DNA of 64,000 nucleotides from Dehalococcoidia bacterium (GTDB lineage Bacteria; Chloroflexota; Dehalococcoidia; Lucifugimonadales; VXLM01): NCBI GenBank assembly GCA_963667105.2, contig CAXXCN010000003.1, positions 747,334 to 811,333 of the forward strand, read 5' to 3'. Shown piece by piece: positions 53,721 to 63,604 of this stretch (position 1 is its first letter; each line of letters starts with the position of its first letter). The notes under the pieces were generated by a model. It saw only the letters and a program-made list of their open reading frames with translations, ran no database searches and was not told where the DNA came from. The position numbers and the translations under genes were made by a program.

Positions 53721-54482
53721 CTAACCGATCTGCGCGCCCGCTCTCCCTGCGCCCAGGTTCAGCATCGTCACGTCGTTCGAGAAGTCAACGATCTGCTCCG
53801 CCCCTGCCTCGGCCTCTCCCGTGGCCCGGAGCACCTGCTTCAGCAGCAGGGCCTCGTCCATCGCCCCGGTGAACGACACGCGCCCGTTTATCACCGTCAT
53901 CGGCACGCCCCGGATATTGTGGAGGTCAATCAGGTTCGGGAACGTTCCCACGTCTATCACGTCGACGGTCACCTTCGGAGACTCCGCCGCCATCGCCAGG
54001 GCGGCCATCGCCGGATCGGGACAGTGTTCGCTGTCCTGCGTGACGAAGACCTGTATGTGGGCGTCCTCTTTGAGCCTGCGTATGCGCCTCCGTGTCTCCA
54101 GCTTGAGCGGCGACGACCTCTCCGACGCGCGAATCAGTGCGGACACGAATACCGGCATCTGTCGCTGGACCGGCATCCCGAAGTACCGCATCCGGCTCTC
54201 GCCCGCTCGCCCGACGGTGAAGCCGGGTATCCGGGTAATCCCGCCCGCCCGCGCGTCGGCCTGATTGGTGTAGTAGTCCACCGTCTCAAGCGTCAGCTTC
54301 GGCGAAAGCCCTGCCACCTCTTCGAGCAATTCCTGAACGGGGCCGCAAGCCGCGCACTCGCGACCGGGGATGATGATCCCCGCGCTCGACGTGGTGTACA
54401 GCGTCACGGTCACGTCCCGCCGGAGGTACGCGCCGAGGTGCTGTCGAACGATGCTCAGTTCTTCAAGACTAAGGACGGGCAA
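53721..54482 (-). CDS. Two-domain thioredoxin/glutaredoxin-like protein (PDO-like)
   Basis: CAAC redox motif in the first half and a degenerate SEHCPDP in the second. Glutaredoxin-like GVPMTVING. Confidence 0.6.
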   Translation of the reverse strand: MPVLSLEELSIVRQHLGAYLRRDVTVTLYTTSSAGIIIPGRECAACGPVQELLEEVAGLSPKLTLETVDYYTNQADARAGGITRIPGFTVGRAGESRMRYFGMPVQRQMPVFVSALIRASERSSPLKLETRRRIRRLKEDAHIQVFVTQDSEHCPDPAMAALAMAAESPKVTVDVIDVGTFPNLIDLHNIRGVPMTVINGRVSFTGAMDEALLLKQVLRATGEAEAGAEQIVDFSNDVTMLNLGAGRAGAQIG

Positions 54483-54713
54483 TGAACAATCACCGGGTTG
54501 CTGGTGTACCCCATGTTATCAGAGTCGACCGCCGACAAGCTGAATATCACTGCCATGCTCCCGTCATAGGGTTCAAGCGCTAAACTCACGCGAATCCCAC
54601 TCTCCCGGTTTTCTTGCTGTTCCCCCACTTGATAAAATACCCTTGCGGCCTACGGCATTCTAGACCGATCCATCTCTGACAGTCTGCCCATAACCAACGA
54701 AGACCCCGAGCAC

Positions 54714-55445
54714 ATGCCGCTACCCTTCCTCGTCATTCCTCTAGCAGTCGCTGGCGGCTCGGCGGTGGCACAGGCCGTCGCCAAGCTGAAGAGTCACGCC
54801 CGGCTCAACCAGTTGCGCGCCGAGCTGGAGGAACTCGAATCGCGACACCGCCACGAAATGTGTCAGCATTACGAGCGGCAAGTCGAGCTCAGTCGCGATC
54901 TGGACTTGCCGGAGCCGGAAATGCCGTCGGTGCTGCAGGAACCCCACAAAGTCTTGGAAGAGCAAAGGCAAGAACCCCTGTGGCGTCGACTGCTGAAACG
55001 ACGGAACCGCACTCTGGCCGACGGCTCCCCTCACCACTCTAGGGCCGGCATCATCGGCCGCCACGGGGCCAGCTTCGCCGCCGGCGCAGTCTGGAGAGTC
55101 TGGTCGGCTTCCATCATGAATTTGGCGCGTCCGATAACCGCCTTCCTCCCCAGGCTCGCCACGATCTTGCCTCGCTTCGCCGCGCTTGGTGGCACCGGAG
55201 GGTCAATCGCGGCCTCCACCGGCCTGCGGTTCGCCTTGGGCGCATTCAACATTGTCGGCATCATCATCGGGCCTCTCCTGGCCGGCTGGGCAATCTTCCA
55301 AGAGGTCAAAAACGTCCGCAGAGCTCGCCACGAGTTGGAGACCACCCGCGTCGAGCGCCAAGACGAGCTGTACCGCTACGCCGCCCGCACCCGTCAACTA
55401 GAACGTCAACTCGCAAAATCTCCCTCTCCCTCGACGCCGAATTGA
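54714..55445 (+). CDS. Hypothetical membrane protein with coiled-coil segments
   Basis: 243 aa with an N-terminal hydrophobic segment, coiled coils, and a Gly/Ala-rich hydrophobic hairpin near residues 150-200. Confidence 0.45.
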   Translation: MPLPFLVIPLAVAGGSAVAQAVAKLKSHARLNQLRAELEELESRHRHEMCQHYERQVELSRDLDLPEPEMPSVLQEPHKVLEEQRQEPLWRRLLKRRNRTLADGSPHHSRAGIIGRHGASFAAGAVWRVWSASIMNLARPITAFLPRLATILPRFAALGGTGGSIAASTGLRFALGAFNIVGIIIGPLLAGWAIFQEVKNVRRARHELETTRVERQDELYRYAARTRQLERQLAKSPSPSTPN

Positions 55446-55518
55446 CATAACCCTGCCCATCTGATATTCCATACTCCATCGGCAAGGCAAGAGAATCCGC
55501 GAGCAAGAGGAGGACTCA

Positions 55519-55983
55519 ATGGCAGGACTAAAGAAAATCGCAGGAGCCTATCTGATCGTAGTCGCCGTAGTGGTCGCCGTGTTCTTCATCATCAACACGG
55601 TCCTGGCGGAGTCCTTCGACTTGGACGTGCTGTCCGTGTGGTATGTCCTGGACGTGCTGATGCTCATCGGGCTGGTCGTTGCCCTCATCTACAACTTCGC
55701 CGCCAAGCGTGAGGCAACGCGGCCTGGCGACGATGAGGCCGTCACCCGCCGGTACCTGGAAGTCAACGTGCTCTTCTACGCCACGGCAGCGATAACCATC
55801 CTGTTCCTCCACAACTGGATTTCGCTCCTGGCCGTCGGCGCGGACGCATCCCTCGGCGACCTAGGTAGTCCAGACCTTATTAATCACCAGACATGGGTGA
55901 TCTGGGCGGTCGTCGACACGTTCCTGCCGATCACGCTCGGCATTACCGGCTGCCACCTCTGGTGCGCACCCTCCGAGTCCTGA
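55519..55983 (+). CDS. Hypothetical four-helix membrane protein (paralogue of 11836-12294)
   Basis: It has the same length class, N-terminal K(K/I)I.(A/G)AYL(I/V)V motif and hydrophobic-segment pattern as 11836-12294. Confidence 0.6.
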   Translation: MAGLKKIAGAYLIVVAVVVAVFFIINTVLAESFDLDVLSVWYVLDVLMLIGLVVALIYNFAAKREATRPGDDEAVTRRYLEVNVLFYATAAITILFLHNWISLLAVGADASLGDLGSPDLINHQTWVIWAVVDTFLPITLGITGCHLWCAPSES

Positions 55984-56176
55984 TCCGGCATGACCCGACC
56001 ACTTGGTGTCCCGTATCAGAGATTCATCGAATAAATCAGCCCGTAAAATTCCCTCTCCCTTAAAAGGGCTGACAGGGGTAGGCAAAGTATGAACCACTCA
56101 ACATACCCCCTCTCCCGTCGTGGGAGAGGGCTGGGATGAGGGTGAAGATGCGGACTATGAGTAGGGGAGACACACC

Positions 56177-57652
56177 ATGTCACTAATCCCGAAAGTAATG
56201 AGCACTCAGCACCCGGACAACGCCACGCCGGCGCCCAACGCCGACGATAAGGGAGTCCTGAAGGGCGAAGGGGAGGTAGCCGAGGCCGTCAGCGTCTTCG
56301 CCATGGGATGTGACGAGCAGATGTGGGACTCCGAGGGCAAGGAAGCCGACAATCAGGTCGTCCGCAAGCTGCTCACGAACTATCCGGCCTTCTTTCGGCA
56401 GGAACGGCAGCTTGGTCGCGACATCGCCCTGACCTTGCGCGTGCCGAATCCGCGCATCGAGCGCGACATGCGCAAGTCAATGGTCGAGGCGCTCCAGAGC
56501 GTGCCCTCCGCCTGGGATACGGTGCAGGGCTTCTACGGCGACGCGCAATTCGCTCCCATCCAGGAGGTCATCCTTCCCATGACCACCTCGGCCGAGGAGA
56601 TATCCCTGGTTGAGGCCTACTATCGAAAGATCATCGTCGGGCAGGAAGACCGCGATCTGCTCGACGGCCAGTCCGTCAAGGACTGGGTCGGGGAGTTCCT
56701 CCCAAAGCGTCTACGGGTGATTCCCCTCATCGAGGACATGGAGCACATTCTCAATGCTGATCGCATCGTCGAGGAGTACGTGCGCGACCGCGATTTGCCC
56801 TACCAGCGAGTGTTCCTCGCGCGGAGCGACCCCGCGCTCAACTATGGCATCGTCGGCGCTGAACTGATCCTGAAAGTAGGACTGCTGCGCCTCCACAACC
56901 TCGAGCAAAAGCTGGGCCTCCCCCTCTATCCCATCATCGGGGCCGGGTCAGTGCCGTTTCGCGGTCACCTGACCCCCGTCAACGTGGAACGCGCCTTCAC
57001 CGAGTACCCCACTGCCCAGACCTTCACCGTCCAGTCCGCGTTCAAGTACGACTACGATCAGGACACCGTCCGCATCGGCATCTCGAAGATCCACGACCAC
57101 GAGCGCGGCGAGCCCGTGCCCGTCGAGCAGGCGCGCGCCGTCGAGATAATCGAAAAGACGACCGCCGAGTATCAGTCACAGGTGCAGCGTCTGGCCGACA
57201 TCATCAGGAACGTCTCGTCGCACGTGCCGAAACGACGCGAGCGCAAGATGCACGTCGGCCTCTTCGGGTATGGCCGATCTCTCGGTGGCGTCGGTGGGGT
57301 GACCCTTCCCCGCGCCATCGGCTTCTCGGCTTCCCTCTACTCCATCGGCGTTCCGCCCGAACTGTTGGGTATGGCAACCCTGGACGATGACGATCTCGCA
57401 TTCGTCCGCGAGGTCTACCCAAGTCTGGACGGCGATCTGCGGGCCGCCCTCCAGTTCGCCAACGAGCGACACGTCAAGGAGCTGCTCGGCGATCCCTACG
57501 TGGACCTTCTTGGCCGGTTCACCGACGAGCTTGACCGCGTCCACGAGGGCCTCACCAGCGCCATCTGGGCCAGCCTAAACCGCGACAGCTCAACCGTGGG
57601 GATCGACCACTACATCCAGGAGGCCGCCCACCTCCGCCTCTTCCTCGGCTAA
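56177..57652 (+). CDS. ppcA: Archaeal-type phosphoenolpyruvate carboxylase
   Basis: IPKVMSTQHPDN N-terminal signature and about 490-aa length are characteristic of the short PepcA-type enzyme, not the about 900-aa bacterial Ppc. Confidence 0.85.
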   Translation: MSLIPKVMSTQHPDNATPAPNADDKGVLKGEGEVAEAVSVFAMGCDEQMWDSEGKEADNQVVRKLLTNYPAFFRQERQLGRDIALTLRVPNPRIERDMRKSMVEALQSVPSAWDTVQGFYGDAQFAPIQEVILPMTTSAEEISLVEAYYRKIIVGQEDRDLLDGQSVKDWVGEFLPKRLRVIPLIEDMEHILNADRIVEEYVRDRDLPYQRVFLARSDPALNYGIVGAELILKVGLLRLHNLEQKLGLPLYPIIGAGSVPFRGHLTPVNVERAFTEYPTAQTFTVQSAFKYDYDQDTVRIGISKIHDHERGEPVPVEQARAVEIIEKTTAEYQSQVQRLADIIRNVSSHVPKRRERKMHVGLFGYGRSLGGVGGVTLPRAIGFSASLYSIGVPPELLGMATLDDDDLAFVREVYPSLDGDLRAALQFANERHVKELLGDPYVDLLGRFTDELDRVHEGLTSAIWASLNRDSSTVGIDHYIQEAAHLRLFLG

Positions 57653-57656
57653 CCGC

Positions 57657-58307
57657 TCAAACCCTCTCCAAGTGACGCGCATCGTTGAACCTGATGATGC
57701 TCCACAGGTCAAAGTTGGTGCGTGTCCGGCCGTCTGCGTGCCACTTCTCCACGTCAATGGAGAACTCGAATACAGCCGTGTTGCGAATCCTGAGGGTCCA
57801 CAGCCGGTCCGTGGCCAACAGCCTGTAGATGACATGGGTCAATATGCCACCGTGGGAGAAGACCAGCACCCGGTCCTCGTTTTCGTGCTCGGAGATTAGC
57901 CTGTCCACGATGGTCCCTGCCCGAACCAGGATTTCATCGTGGGTCTCCGCCCCTTCTATTGCGTCAAAGTTGCCGTTCGCCTTGAAGTTCCCTATTTGCT
58001 CGGGGTACCGCTCCTCTATCTCGTCCCACGTGAGCCCGGAGAACGCCCCCACGTCGTGCTCCATCAAATCGTCCCACGCCTCAATAGGGATGTCCCAGTT
58101 CGACGACGCGATCTGAGCCGTTTCAAGTACCCGGCTGAGCGGACTCGTGTAGATGTGAGTCGGCGAGTATTCTTCACGCTCCAACCTCGACTGAAGCCGT
58201 CCGGCCTGCGACCGCCCGGCCTCCGACAGCGGAAAGTCCGCTCGGCCCTGCCAGCGCCCCTCGGCGTTCGCCGTACTCTCGCCATGTCGTATCAGCATCA
58301 AATTCAT
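57657..58307 (-). CDS. Histidine phosphatase family protein (phosphoglycerate-mutase-like)
   Basis: LIRHGES catalytic motif, SPLSRVLETA, and FSHGG. ATG at 58307. Confidence 0.85.
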   Translation of the reverse strand: MNLMLIRHGESTANAEGRWQGRADFPLSEAGRSQAGRLQSRLEREEYSPTHIYTSPLSRVLETAQIASSNWDIPIEAWDDLMEHDVGAFSGLTWDEIEERYPEQIGNFKANGNFDAIEGAETHDEILVRAGTIVDRLISEHENEDRVLVFSHGGILTHVIYRLLATDRLWTLRIRNTAVFEFSIDVEKWHADGRTRTNFDLWSIIRFNDARHLERV

Positions 58308-58407
58308 AGCGCACACAGGCCGAGAGTTTATCACACGCCGAACATTCGCAGCCCCACAGTCGCTGGTGATACACTACAACCGGAGAGATTCTCCAAGAGG
58401 CGAAGAA

Positions 58408-58638
58408 ATGACAAACTGGGAGCAATGCCCCGCAGTCGAAAGGCACCCCGATAAGCTGAGCGGGGCGTGGGTGTTCTTAGGAACCCGCGTGCCTGTCTCC
58501 GCTCTGTTCGAGAATCTCCAAGACGGTGCGACGGTAGAGCAGTTCCTCAAATGGTTCCCCGGTGTTGACCGGTGGAAAGTGGAAGCAGTTCTGGCCTATC
58601 AGGAATTGAGTTCGCTGGGGGTTCCGGCGCACTCTTGA
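58408..58638 (+). CDS. DUF433-family putative antitoxin
   Basis: HPDKLSGAWVFLGTRVPVSALFENLQDGATVEQFLKWFPGV matches the DUF433 pattern. AAGAGG RBS before the ATG at 58408. Confidence 0.7.
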   Translation: MTNWEQCPAVERHPDKLSGAWVFLGTRVPVSALFENLQDGATVEQFLKWFPGVDRWKVEAVLAYQELSSLGVPAHS

Positions 58639-58952
58639 AAATCCTGTTCGATCAGGGTACCCCCGTTCCCCTGCGGCGTCATTTGACTGAACACTCAGTC
58701 AACACTGCCTATGAGTTGGGCTGGTCGCACCTCACTAACGGTGAGCTCCTCAACCGAGCCGAGCAGGACGATTATGAGCTTCTCATAACAACAGACCAGC
58801 ACTTTCAAGCCCAACAGAATCTTGCCAATAGGCAGCTTGCTGTTCTTGTCCTTCTCTCGACTTCATGGCCTCGCATAAGGTTGCGTGTTGGCGAGATACG
58901 GGAGGCAATTGCGGAAATGAATCCCGGTGAGTATCGAGAGACACCCGTGTAA
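58635..58952 (+). CDS. DUF5615 / PIN-like (Mut7-C-type) putative toxin
   Basis: (L)KILFDQGTP...LLITTDQ pattern. TTG start overlaps the DUF433 stop (TTGA). This is the typical partner of DUF433 genes. Confidence 0.6.
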   Translation: MKILFDQGTPVPLRRHLTEHSVNTAYELGWSHLTNGELLNRAEQDDYELLITTDQHFQAQQNLANRQLAVLVLLSTSWPRIRLRVGEIREAIAEMNPGEYRETPV

Positions 58953-59030
58953 TGATGTCACCCATCACCGAGAGTAACGCCTAGAGAAGGAGTTGCCGTA
59001 GCGCTAGGTGATCGCCTGATGCTGGCATGA

Positions 59031-59621
59031 TCACCTACTCCCCAGCCCCCGCGCCGTCTCCACCACACGTTGCACCGTCGTCACAACTGTCAGCGCCGCG
59101 ATAACCCCCAGCACGATAAGCACCGCCGGCTCCCACCACTGGCCCACGATTATCCCAATGCCCAGCGTCGCGACCCGCTCCGGTCTCTGCATCAGCCCAC
59201 CCTTGCACTCTATCCCCAGCCCCTCGGCCCGCGCGCGCACATAGCTCACCAGCGTCGACCCCACGATCGACACGTACACCAGCACGGCCCCAAGCTGCTC
59301 GCCGTCCTCGAGGTAGAACCACAGCAGCCCGAGCAGCACCACCGCCTCCGACACGCGATCCATCACCGAGTCGAACAGCGCCCCGAACTTCGTCGCGCGG
59401 TTCGTCATCCGCGCAACGGCCCCGTCGAACATGTCGAACACCCCGGCCAACAGCATCACGATACCGCCCGCCGCCAGCATCCCCTGCGCGATCAGCGCCG
59501 CCGCGACACAAGCGATCAGCACGCCGATAACCGTCAGCCCACTCGGCGAAAAACCGAGCTTCGCCAAGACACGCGCAATGCCGTCAACGATGGGAGATAA
59601 AAGGCTGCGTAGTCGGTGCAT
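59031..59621 (-). CDS. CDP-alcohol phosphatidyltransferase (candidate phosphatidylinositol-phosphate synthase)
   Basis: Signature DGAVARMTNRATKFGALFDSVMDRVSE (D-G-x2-A-R-x8-G-x3-D-x3-D). 196 aa and polytopic. Confidence 0.85.
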   Translation of the reverse strand: MHRLRSLLSPIVDGIARVLAKLGFSPSGLTVIGVLIACVAAALIAQGMLAAGGIVMLLAGVFDMFDGAVARMTNRATKFGALFDSVMDRVSEAVVLLGLLWFYLEDGEQLGAVLVYVSIVGSTLVSYVRARAEGLGIECKGGLMQRPERVATLGIGIIVGQWWEPAVLIVLGVIAALTVVTTVQRVVETARGLGSR

Positions 59622-59648
59622 GGGTGGGGAGAATAGGGTAGGGGCTAC

Positions 59649-62261
59649 CTACTGTTCGACCGGGAACGGCCCATCGAAAACCGCGTTTCCGCTCACATCC
59701 TCGGCCCATATTGCTTGCTGGTACTCGATTAATTGGCCGGAGTCGTCCTCGAACTCAAGGAACTCTAACCAGAAGACCGGTTCCTGCGTGAACTCTATGA
59801 AATCGCTCGCCGGGAACCAGTCGTCCAGGCTCTCGTCATCCAGGTTGAAACCGTAATTCCAGAATTGGACGGCATCTCCAGGCTCTATCCACAATGTGGC
59901 TTTGTCGAACTGAACCGTGCCCTCTTCATCGTCGGGCCCGGAGTAGATGTACTGGTAGGTCTGGATGTCGTGGTACACGACTTCCCACCACTCATTCGTT
60001 ATGAGCGTCATCACAGCATAGTCAAGATAGTCGCTTCCTGGCCGCGCGTAGTCTATCTCAGCCGTGTAGACCCAGTATCCCTGGCCGTCCTCTTCAAAGA
60101 ATTCGGTGAAAGAGGCAGGTATCCAAGCGGTATCCTCTGCCGGATCGTACTCTACGGTGAACCAGAATTGATCCCACGCGGGAGCAAAATACTCGCCCTC
60201 AGTATCGGTGGAGTAGGTTTCCAACTCGGCGACGACCATGAAATAATCTTCGACCGAGCCGTCTTCGTACTCGACCGACTCGACGAAGCCATAGAGGGAC
60301 GTGACCTCGGCGAGGTTGTCGTCTTCAAAAGTGACAACTACGCCAAAGTCCAGTTCATCAGGTGCGGTGGGGTCTAGCTGGAGTGATTGAGGATCGACGT
60401 TGGCAGCGGACGCTTCCAACTCAGGCGGCGTGGTATCGCTTTGGTCGAACTCCTCATACGCTTGTTGAAAGTCCAGCCACGTATCATTAATCTTATAGGC
60501 GGAGTATTCGGGATTCGTGTTCTCCGGCGCATCTATGGCGACTCCAAAGGAGTCGGGGCGAGAACCGTCGTGGTCGGAGTGGATGACGAACCCGCCTATC
60601 GCGTCCATGAGATCATTCAAGCTCGAACCGATCTGTGCGTTTGGTGGGTTCTCCGCCAGAAGTTGGGCGAAGTGCATCAGGTCGATGGAAGCACGGTCAC
60701 CCGCTCTTGCCGACGGTCCATAGGACCGGGCATGGGTGCCGCCATAGATCAGGCTGGCGGAATACTCATCGCTGAAACTTAGCTGCTGGCCGTAGGCCGA
60801 AATCACGGGGTTCAGGGCTGCTACCAGCTGATCATACTGGTCCAGGTCGAGCAAGGAGAGGGTTCTTCCGTCGTACTGGTTCGATCCATGCACGTTCTGG
60901 ACGAAATTGTCCACCATACGTATGCCTGCATCTACGATGCTGTCCTCTTCGGCGTACGATTGAATCACCGCACTCCAAAGCCACCCGTGCCCAGGTTCAA
61001 GCTCTTCCGACGCAATCATGTACTCGGCATGAGGTTCAACGACCTTCGCCACTTCCACCGAGGCCATGAGGCAGGCGTCGAAGCCGATGAGGTCGAAGAT
61101 TCCCACCTGGCTATGCTGGAACGCCCGCGCAATCTCGTCCATGGCCAGTCCGTCGCTGTTGAAGTTGGTGTCATTGCCAAAATCTATATAGGAATATCCA
61201 TGGTCCCAGAAGGTGAGAAACCTCCGATCGAAGTTCGCATAGCCGTCTCTCAGGTAGTTGAGGAACAGCTTGAGGGAGCTTTCATCCCCCATGTGGGCCC
61301 CGTCTGCTTGGTAGAGATAAGCGCCAGGACCGGTCTCGTTGCCGAAATCGCCGTCCTGAAGGTCGGCTATGAGTTGGGATATGTTGGCGAGCTTCATGCC
61401 TCGCCAGCCGTCCTTGCGCGCTCCCCCAAAGGCCACGATAACTTCCACTTCCCGATTGTCCGGTAGGCTGTCGTATCCCTCGATTAGCTCGTACAAATCG
61501 CTCGTGCCTGACCAATACTTTTCTTCCAAATCGCTGCCGACCATGTAGATCGCCAGCAGCTTTCTTCCGGCGCCGTCAATCGTGGTGGGCGCTTCGTACG
61601 GACTCAGTACGCCGCGGTCGGCGGAGAACCCGCGTTTGGAGCTCGTGGAGGCAGGAGCAGGCGCTTGGAGGGCTGTAGGTACTGCCGTTGGCGTGTTGGT
61701 TGGCACGGTTGCGGGTACCGGCGTGGGCGTGTTTGTAGGTACGGCCGTGGGTACCGGTGTAGGCGTGTTTGTAGGTACGGTTGTAGGTACCGATGTTGGC
61801 GTGTTGGTCGGTACGGCTGTGGGTACCGGCGTAGGCGTGTTAGCGGGCGTGGGCGTCGGTTCGGGTGTTGGCGTGTTAGTAGGGGCGGGCGTTGGTTCGG
61901 ATGTCGGCGTGTTGGTCGGCACCGGTGTTGGCGCGGGCGCAGCAGTGTTCGCGGGGGCGGGTACCGATGTAGGCGTGTTGGTGGGCGTGGGCGTCGGTTC
62001 GGGTGTAGACGTGTTGGTAGGTACGGTTGTCGGTACTGGTGCTGGCGTGTTGGTTGGCGCTGGCGTCGGTGTATTGGCAGGTACGGGTGTACGTGTAGGG
62101 GTATCCGCAGGAGCGGGTATGTTTGCAAGTGCGGCAGGCGTATCAGTGGGTATGGGAGTGGAAGTTGGCGGCGGCGGGTCGCCGCAGGCCAAGAGAGTGG
62201 CGACGGCGAACAGTATCGCAGGAACTGCTAGACGGTCGATACGAAGGAAGGATACGGTCAT
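59649..62261 (-). CDS. Clostripain-family (C11) cysteine peptidase lipoprotein with a long Pro/Thr-repeat linker and a large C-terminal extension
   Basis: Lipobox LLAC. About 175 aa of PTNTPTP-type repeats. Catalytic dyad contexts FWDHG and [11 protein letters not shown] at 62261 is preferred over 62327. Confidence 0.78.
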   Translation of the reverse strand: MTVSFLRIDRLAVPAILFAVATLLACGDPPPPTSTPIPTDTPAALANIPAPADTPTRTPVPANTPTPAPTNTPAPVPTTVPTNTSTPEPTPTPTNTPTSVPAPANTAAPAPTPVPTNTPTSEPTPAPTNTPTPEPTPTPANTPTPVPTAVPTNTPTSVPTTVPTNTPTPVPTAVPTNTPTPVPATVPTNTPTAVPTALQAPAPASTSSKRGFSADRGVLSPYEAPTTIDGAGRKLLAIYMVGSDLEEKYWSGTSDLYELIEGYDSLPDNREVEVIVAFGGARKDGWRGMKLANISQLIADLQDGDFGNETGPGAYLYQADGAHMGDESSLKLFLNYLRDGYANFDRRFLTFWDHGYSYIDFGNDTNFNSDGLAMDEIARAFQHSQVGIFDLIGFDACLMASVEVAKVVEPHAEYMIASEELEPGHGWLWSAVIQSYAEEDSIVDAGIRMVDNFVQNVHGSNQYDGRTLSLLDLDQYDQLVAALNPVISAYGQQLSFSDEYSASLIYGGTHARSYGPSARAGDRASIDLMHFAQLLAENPPNAQIGSSLNDLMDAIGGFVIHSDHDGSRPDSFGVAIDAPENTNPEYSAYKINDTWLDFQQAYEEFDQSDTTPPELEASAANVDPQSLQLDPTAPDELDFGVVVTFEDDNLAEVTSLYGFVESVEYEDGSVEDYFMVVAELETYSTDTEGEYFAPAWDQFWFTVEYDPAEDTAWIPASFTEFFEEDGQGYWVYTAEIDYARPGSDYLDYAVMTLITNEWWEVVYHDIQTYQYIYSGPDDEEGTVQFDKATLWIEPGDAVQFWNYGFNLDDESLDDWFPASDFIEFTQEPVFWLEFLEFEDDSGQLIEYQQAIWAEDVSGNAVFDGPFPVEQ
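61647..62177 (-). repeat. Tandem, imperfect about 36-nt coding repeats ([12 protein letters not shown]-type units)
   Basis: The translation shows more than 12 reiterations of (T/A)(V/P)PTNTPT(P/S)(V/E)PT. The DNA shows the corresponding GGTGTTGG/GGTACGG periodicity. Confidence 0.85.
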
Positions 62262-62275
62262 TCGGTTACGTTCTC

Positions 62276-63493
62276 TTATGGAATGGGTTTTACGGTGTGT
62301 TGCGACCGCCCCACACCGTTCATGCACGTCACATAATAGTCCAGCACCCGACGCGCCACGCGCTCCCAGCGGAACTCGTCCGCCCTTCGCAGAGCGTTCC
62401 CCGCGAGCCGCCGTTTCAGGTCGGCGTCCTCCAACACCTTCCCCAGCGCGTCCGCCAGCGCGTCCACGTCCTTTGGCGGGAACGTCATTGCCTCAATCCC
62501 GTTGCGTACGACCGTCAAATAGCCCGGAATCTCGCTGGCGACAACCGGCAGCCCCGCCGCCATCGCCTCCACGAGCACCATGCCGAAGCTCTCTCCGCCC
62601 GTCGCAGGGGAGCAGTACACGTCCGCCGTCTTCAGATAGCGGAACTTTTCCTCGTCCGACACTCCCCCCACGAACATCACGTCCTTCAGGCTCCGCTCTC
62701 CGATGATCCGCTGGCACTCGCCGTTCGGATTCCCCGGCCCCAGCACGATCAGCCGCAGGTTCGGCCAGTCCCACTTCAGCTTGCTGTACGCCAGCAGCAG
62801 GTACTTCAGTCCCTTCCGCTTATCGGCCCGACCCAGAAACAGCAGGTTTATCATCCCGTCCTGTAGATGAGGGAACGGCTCCACGCCCTGCTGATACTGG
62901 TCGATCCTCACCCCGTTCGGAATAATTTCGTAGTCGCTCTCGAAGTAGCTGCTGATGAACTCCTTGGCCGGCTGCGACACGGCGATGCATCCGTGCAGCT
63001 TCTCGAAGTAGGGCTGAGCAATCCGCGCTCCGCCCACGTCATAGACCCGCGAGCCGGGGTAGGCATGGAACGTCGCGATGTTCACCGCGTTCGACTGGCT
63101 CAGCATCCCCACGCACACATAGCTTGAAAACGGCTCGTGCATGTGGATGACGTCGAACTGCTGCTCGTCCAGCATCTCCTTGATCTTCCCGCGCAGCCAC
63201 ACCGACACCGATATCCGTCCGACCGAACCCCTGCTCGGCAGCGGGAACGGCTTGCCCATGGGGATGAACCCTGCATCTTCCACCTTGCTCACGTCCGAGC
63301 AGGGCGCAACGATACGTACGTCGTGACCCCACGCCCTAAGCTGCTGGCCTAGCTCTCGAATGTGAGTCTGCACGCCACCGCGAGAGGCAAAGTCGTACGC
63401 GGATGCCAGACCGATCTTAAGCGGACGCTCGGAGCCTCCCGGAGCCATCCTTTCCACTACCTGCCCCTCCCGTTCAGCACCCAAACGATCCAT
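62276..63493 (-). CDS. GT4-family glycosyltransferase (PimA-like mannosyltransferase candidate)
   Basis: GT-B fold markers ([14 protein letters not shown] ... E-x7-E region [20 protein letters not shown]). The start could alternatively be at 63448. Confidence 0.82.
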   Translation of the reverse strand: MDRLGAEREGQVVERMAPGGSERPLKIGLASAYDFASRGGVQTHIRELGQQLRAWGHDVRIVAPCSDVSKVEDAGFIPMGKPFPLPSRGSVGRISVSVWLRGKIKEMLDEQQFDVIHMHEPFSSYVCVGMLSQSNAVNIATFHAYPGSRVYDVGGARIAQPYFEKLHGCIAVSQPAKEFISSYFESDYEIIPNGVRIDQYQQGVEPFPHLQDGMINLLFLGRADKRKGLKYLLLAYSKLKWDWPNLRLIVLGPGNPNGECQRIIGERSLKDVMFVGGVSDEEKFRYLKTADVYCSPATGGESFGMVLVEAMAAGLPVVASEIPGYLTVVRNGIEAMTFPPKDVDALADALGKVLEDADLKRRLAGNALRRADEFRWERVARRVLDYYVTCMNGVGRSQHTVKPIP

Positions 63494-63570
63494 AAACTCC
63501 CAGGATCAGGGCCCCTCTCCCGGTCACACCACAACCGTCATTCCCGCGAAGGCGGGAATCCACACTCCCC

Positions 63571-63600
63571 TCTGTGATCTCCGTGCTCTCTGTGGTGAAT
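63571..63600. repeat. Short dispersed element (TCTGYGNTCTCYGTGYTCTCTGYGGTGAAT), copy 2
   Basis: Similar to 50965-50995. It is preceded by the hairpin TTCCCGC-GAAG-GCGGGAA at 63541-63558. Confidence 0.5.
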
Positions 63601-63604
63601 CGCC

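Noticed and set aside
56108-56130. The GC-rich hairpin CCCTCTCCC-GTCGT-GGGAGAGGG between the membrane-protein gene and ppcA, as an intrinsic terminator.
   Set aside because: No U-tract follows it. A half-copy occurs at 56041-56060 and a related CCCCTCTCCC at about 31823. It is more likely a member of a small palindromic repeat family than a defined terminator.
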